Source of the DNA: Entomortierella parvispora E1425
Lineage: Eukaryota; Fungi; Mortierellomycota
Direction of reading: 5' to 3'
Assembly (NCBI GenBank): GCA_020891255.1
Contig: BQFW01000006.1
Span: forward strand, 682,001 to 746,000
DNA: 64,000 nt
In this document: piece after piece, positions 62,080 through 64,000 of the stretch
How positions within the stretch are numbered: position 1 is the stretch's first letter
Layout of the letters: each line of letters starts with the position of its first letter
Made by a program: the position numbers and the translations under genes
Notes under the pieces: generated by a model
The model's input: the letters and a program-made list of their open reading frames with translations, nothing else
The model's database searches: none
Told to the model about the DNA's origin: nothing

Positions 62080-62862
62080 TTCCTCTTCGTGTCTTTTTAC
62101 TTTCTTTTGCAGTTTCTATTTCCTTTTTTTTTTCCTTTTTGGTATACTCTTTTCTTCGTTTTGTACATAACGAATGTTTTCTCTTTTTTTTTTTCATTTC
62201 ACTCCTCTTGTTGTTTGTGGATTAACTCTTGTATTATTACGAACAGAAAAAAAGGGTCGGGGGTTCGGAGGGTTGAATGGTTTTGTTTTGGTAATCTCTA
62301 TATATTTTTTTTCTGTACAATAAAAACGCACTCTTTACGTTTTCTATGAAACTGTGGGAAAGAAACCCACGGTGAGCTCGAGGACATGATAATGGTTGGT
62401 CGGTTGGTGGAAGCGCGTGTGTATTTTCGTGCCTTCATTAGGGAAGGGAGGTGGGTACAAGAAGAGGGGCAAAATATTAAGCGGCGGCTAGTTGGGTTAC
62501 GAGTTGGGGTCAGGCTGAAGGATGTTGGTCCCATGGTGGGGGATGGGGTTGGGGGGGGGGGGAAGTCAAAGAGTTTTTGTAGTTTTGTGAAAGTATCCTA
62601 ACCCTATCCCCTCCTCCCTTCCTCCTCCTCTCAGCCGCCAAAGAGAAAGGAAAGAAGGATGGTGCTGGGTGGCATGGTGAGTCGAAAATTTTTTAGTGTC
62701 TACAAAAAGCATGCAAGGGCGGGAGAAAGACAAAAAAAATAGCATGCATGCATGACACGCGCTTTGTGGAACATTGAAAAAAAAGAAAAGAAAAAAAAAA
62801 AAAAAAAAGAGAGAGAGCGGCGAAGTTCGTGAGGGATAAGAGAAGGAAAGAAAGAGAGCAAG

Positions 62863-62904
62863 TGAGTGAGTGAGTGAGTGAGTGAGTGAATGAGTGAATG
62901 AGTG
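62863..62904. repeat. (GAGT/GAAT)n tetranucleotide microsatellite
   Basis: Directly visible, in a purine-rich intergenic region. Confidence 0.85.
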
Positions 62905-64000
62905 ATTGCGGCTTGTCAGTGAAGTGCAGTGAACGAGAAAAGAAGAGAGGAGGGCGGATGTGCAACAGACACAAAAGGGCCAAAAACAAAAAAAAGAAAA
63001 AAAAAAAAAAAAAAAGAGATTTGAGAGCAATCTGGCTTTGCTCCGCCTGACCCAGGAATCAGGGACCAAAATTTGACACTTGGACCCACAAAAATCGAGA
63101 TTATTTAGTCGCAAAAAAAAAAAGGCAAGATCCGATAAAAACGCGTGCTTTTGGGATAGAGATATAGATTGAGCAGGATATAGGTTGAGCAAGATATAGA
63201 GAAATAGAATGATAGAGAGCCAAAAGTGTGGGAGAATGCAGGATTTGCCGTAGTGCGTGCTTGCCATCGATTTACGCGATAAGACCTCACTTCCCTTGAC
63301 TCTTCCTAAAGGAGAAGACGGCGTTTGCAAAGGACAATGTCAACAAGAGGACGGCGGGGAAAGAGCTAAATGGAAATCCCGAGGATCCTTTTTTGGTCCG
63401 CAAGCCAGGAACTCTCCAGGATGAGGCGATGCACATCTGGGCTCGTTGCGGAGTAGTTAACTCAGGTCTGTCGCGTCGATATTCACGGAGTGTCCAAGGG
63501 AACCAGGGAGAAAAAGAAAAGATGGAACAAAGGAAAGGAAAGATTGAAGGAACAAAGGGAGGAGGAAGAAAAACGAGGGGACCATCTTTGATGCGGGTAG
63601 GGGCTCGGCGCTCTCTTTGTCACCAGGTTGTGTGGATGTCATGTTTATATGTTTATACATGTAGGTGCTTTGTCCTTTGACCTCTTGGCTTCCCGTTTGT
63701 TCTCTCTCCCACTTTCCTCCCCTCTTTGTCTCTGGTTCCGTTGCTAATTCTAACCATGTCCCATCCTCCATAAGAGCCACCCCATTGAAAACATGGCATG
63801 TGGACATACAAAAAAAAAAAAAAAAAAAAATCAGAGCCGGAAAAAGAAGTCTGACTACAATAGTAAACGGTCAATTGGATGGGCTATGACAAAGACGCGC
63901 GCCTTCTTTTTGTTTGCATAGGCATCTCATTCTTATTGTCCATCTGTCCCTCTTGTTGAAGGCAACACATGGACACAAAGAGCATAGAGGGAGAAAGGGG

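Noticed and set aside
62298-63330. Minus-strand ORFs (78 aa and 254 aa) after NOT1
   Set aside because: Dominated by microsatellites and homopolymers with no homology cues. A transcript here cannot be excluded but cannot be supported.

Overview
Eukaryotic, intron-rich fungal DNA, most likely Mortierellaceae (inferred from lineage-typical gene families, GT-AG introns of 50-480 nt and long poly-A/T tracts). Core genes: an HDAC8/Hos1-like deacetylase (cut by the left edge and absent from the ORF track), EPG5, Rsp5/NEDD4, a zf-PARP protein, RRP4, a DUF1294-like protein, mitochondrial bL12, a WD40 protein and NOT1. Accessory content: (i) a head-to-head pair of an intronless OB-fold/SET gene and an LRR gene whose central domain resembles the C-terminal domain of bacterial Roco proteins; (ii) a decayed copy of the last rsp5 exon with mostly synonymous divergence; (iii) two back-to-back Fanzor/TnpB relics, each followed by a long hairpin (candidate omegaRNA scaffold); (iv) a coiled-coil gene with weak SYCP3/Cor1-like character; (v) a PILS/auxin-efflux-carrier pseudogene; (vi) an apparently intact three-exon Crypton-type tyrosine recombinase (Ndc10-II + GCR1_C). 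NOT1 appears to lack its first N-terminal HEAT domain. I recognised no tRNA, rRNA or CRISPR array. All homology calls are by-eye motif recognition, not database searches.
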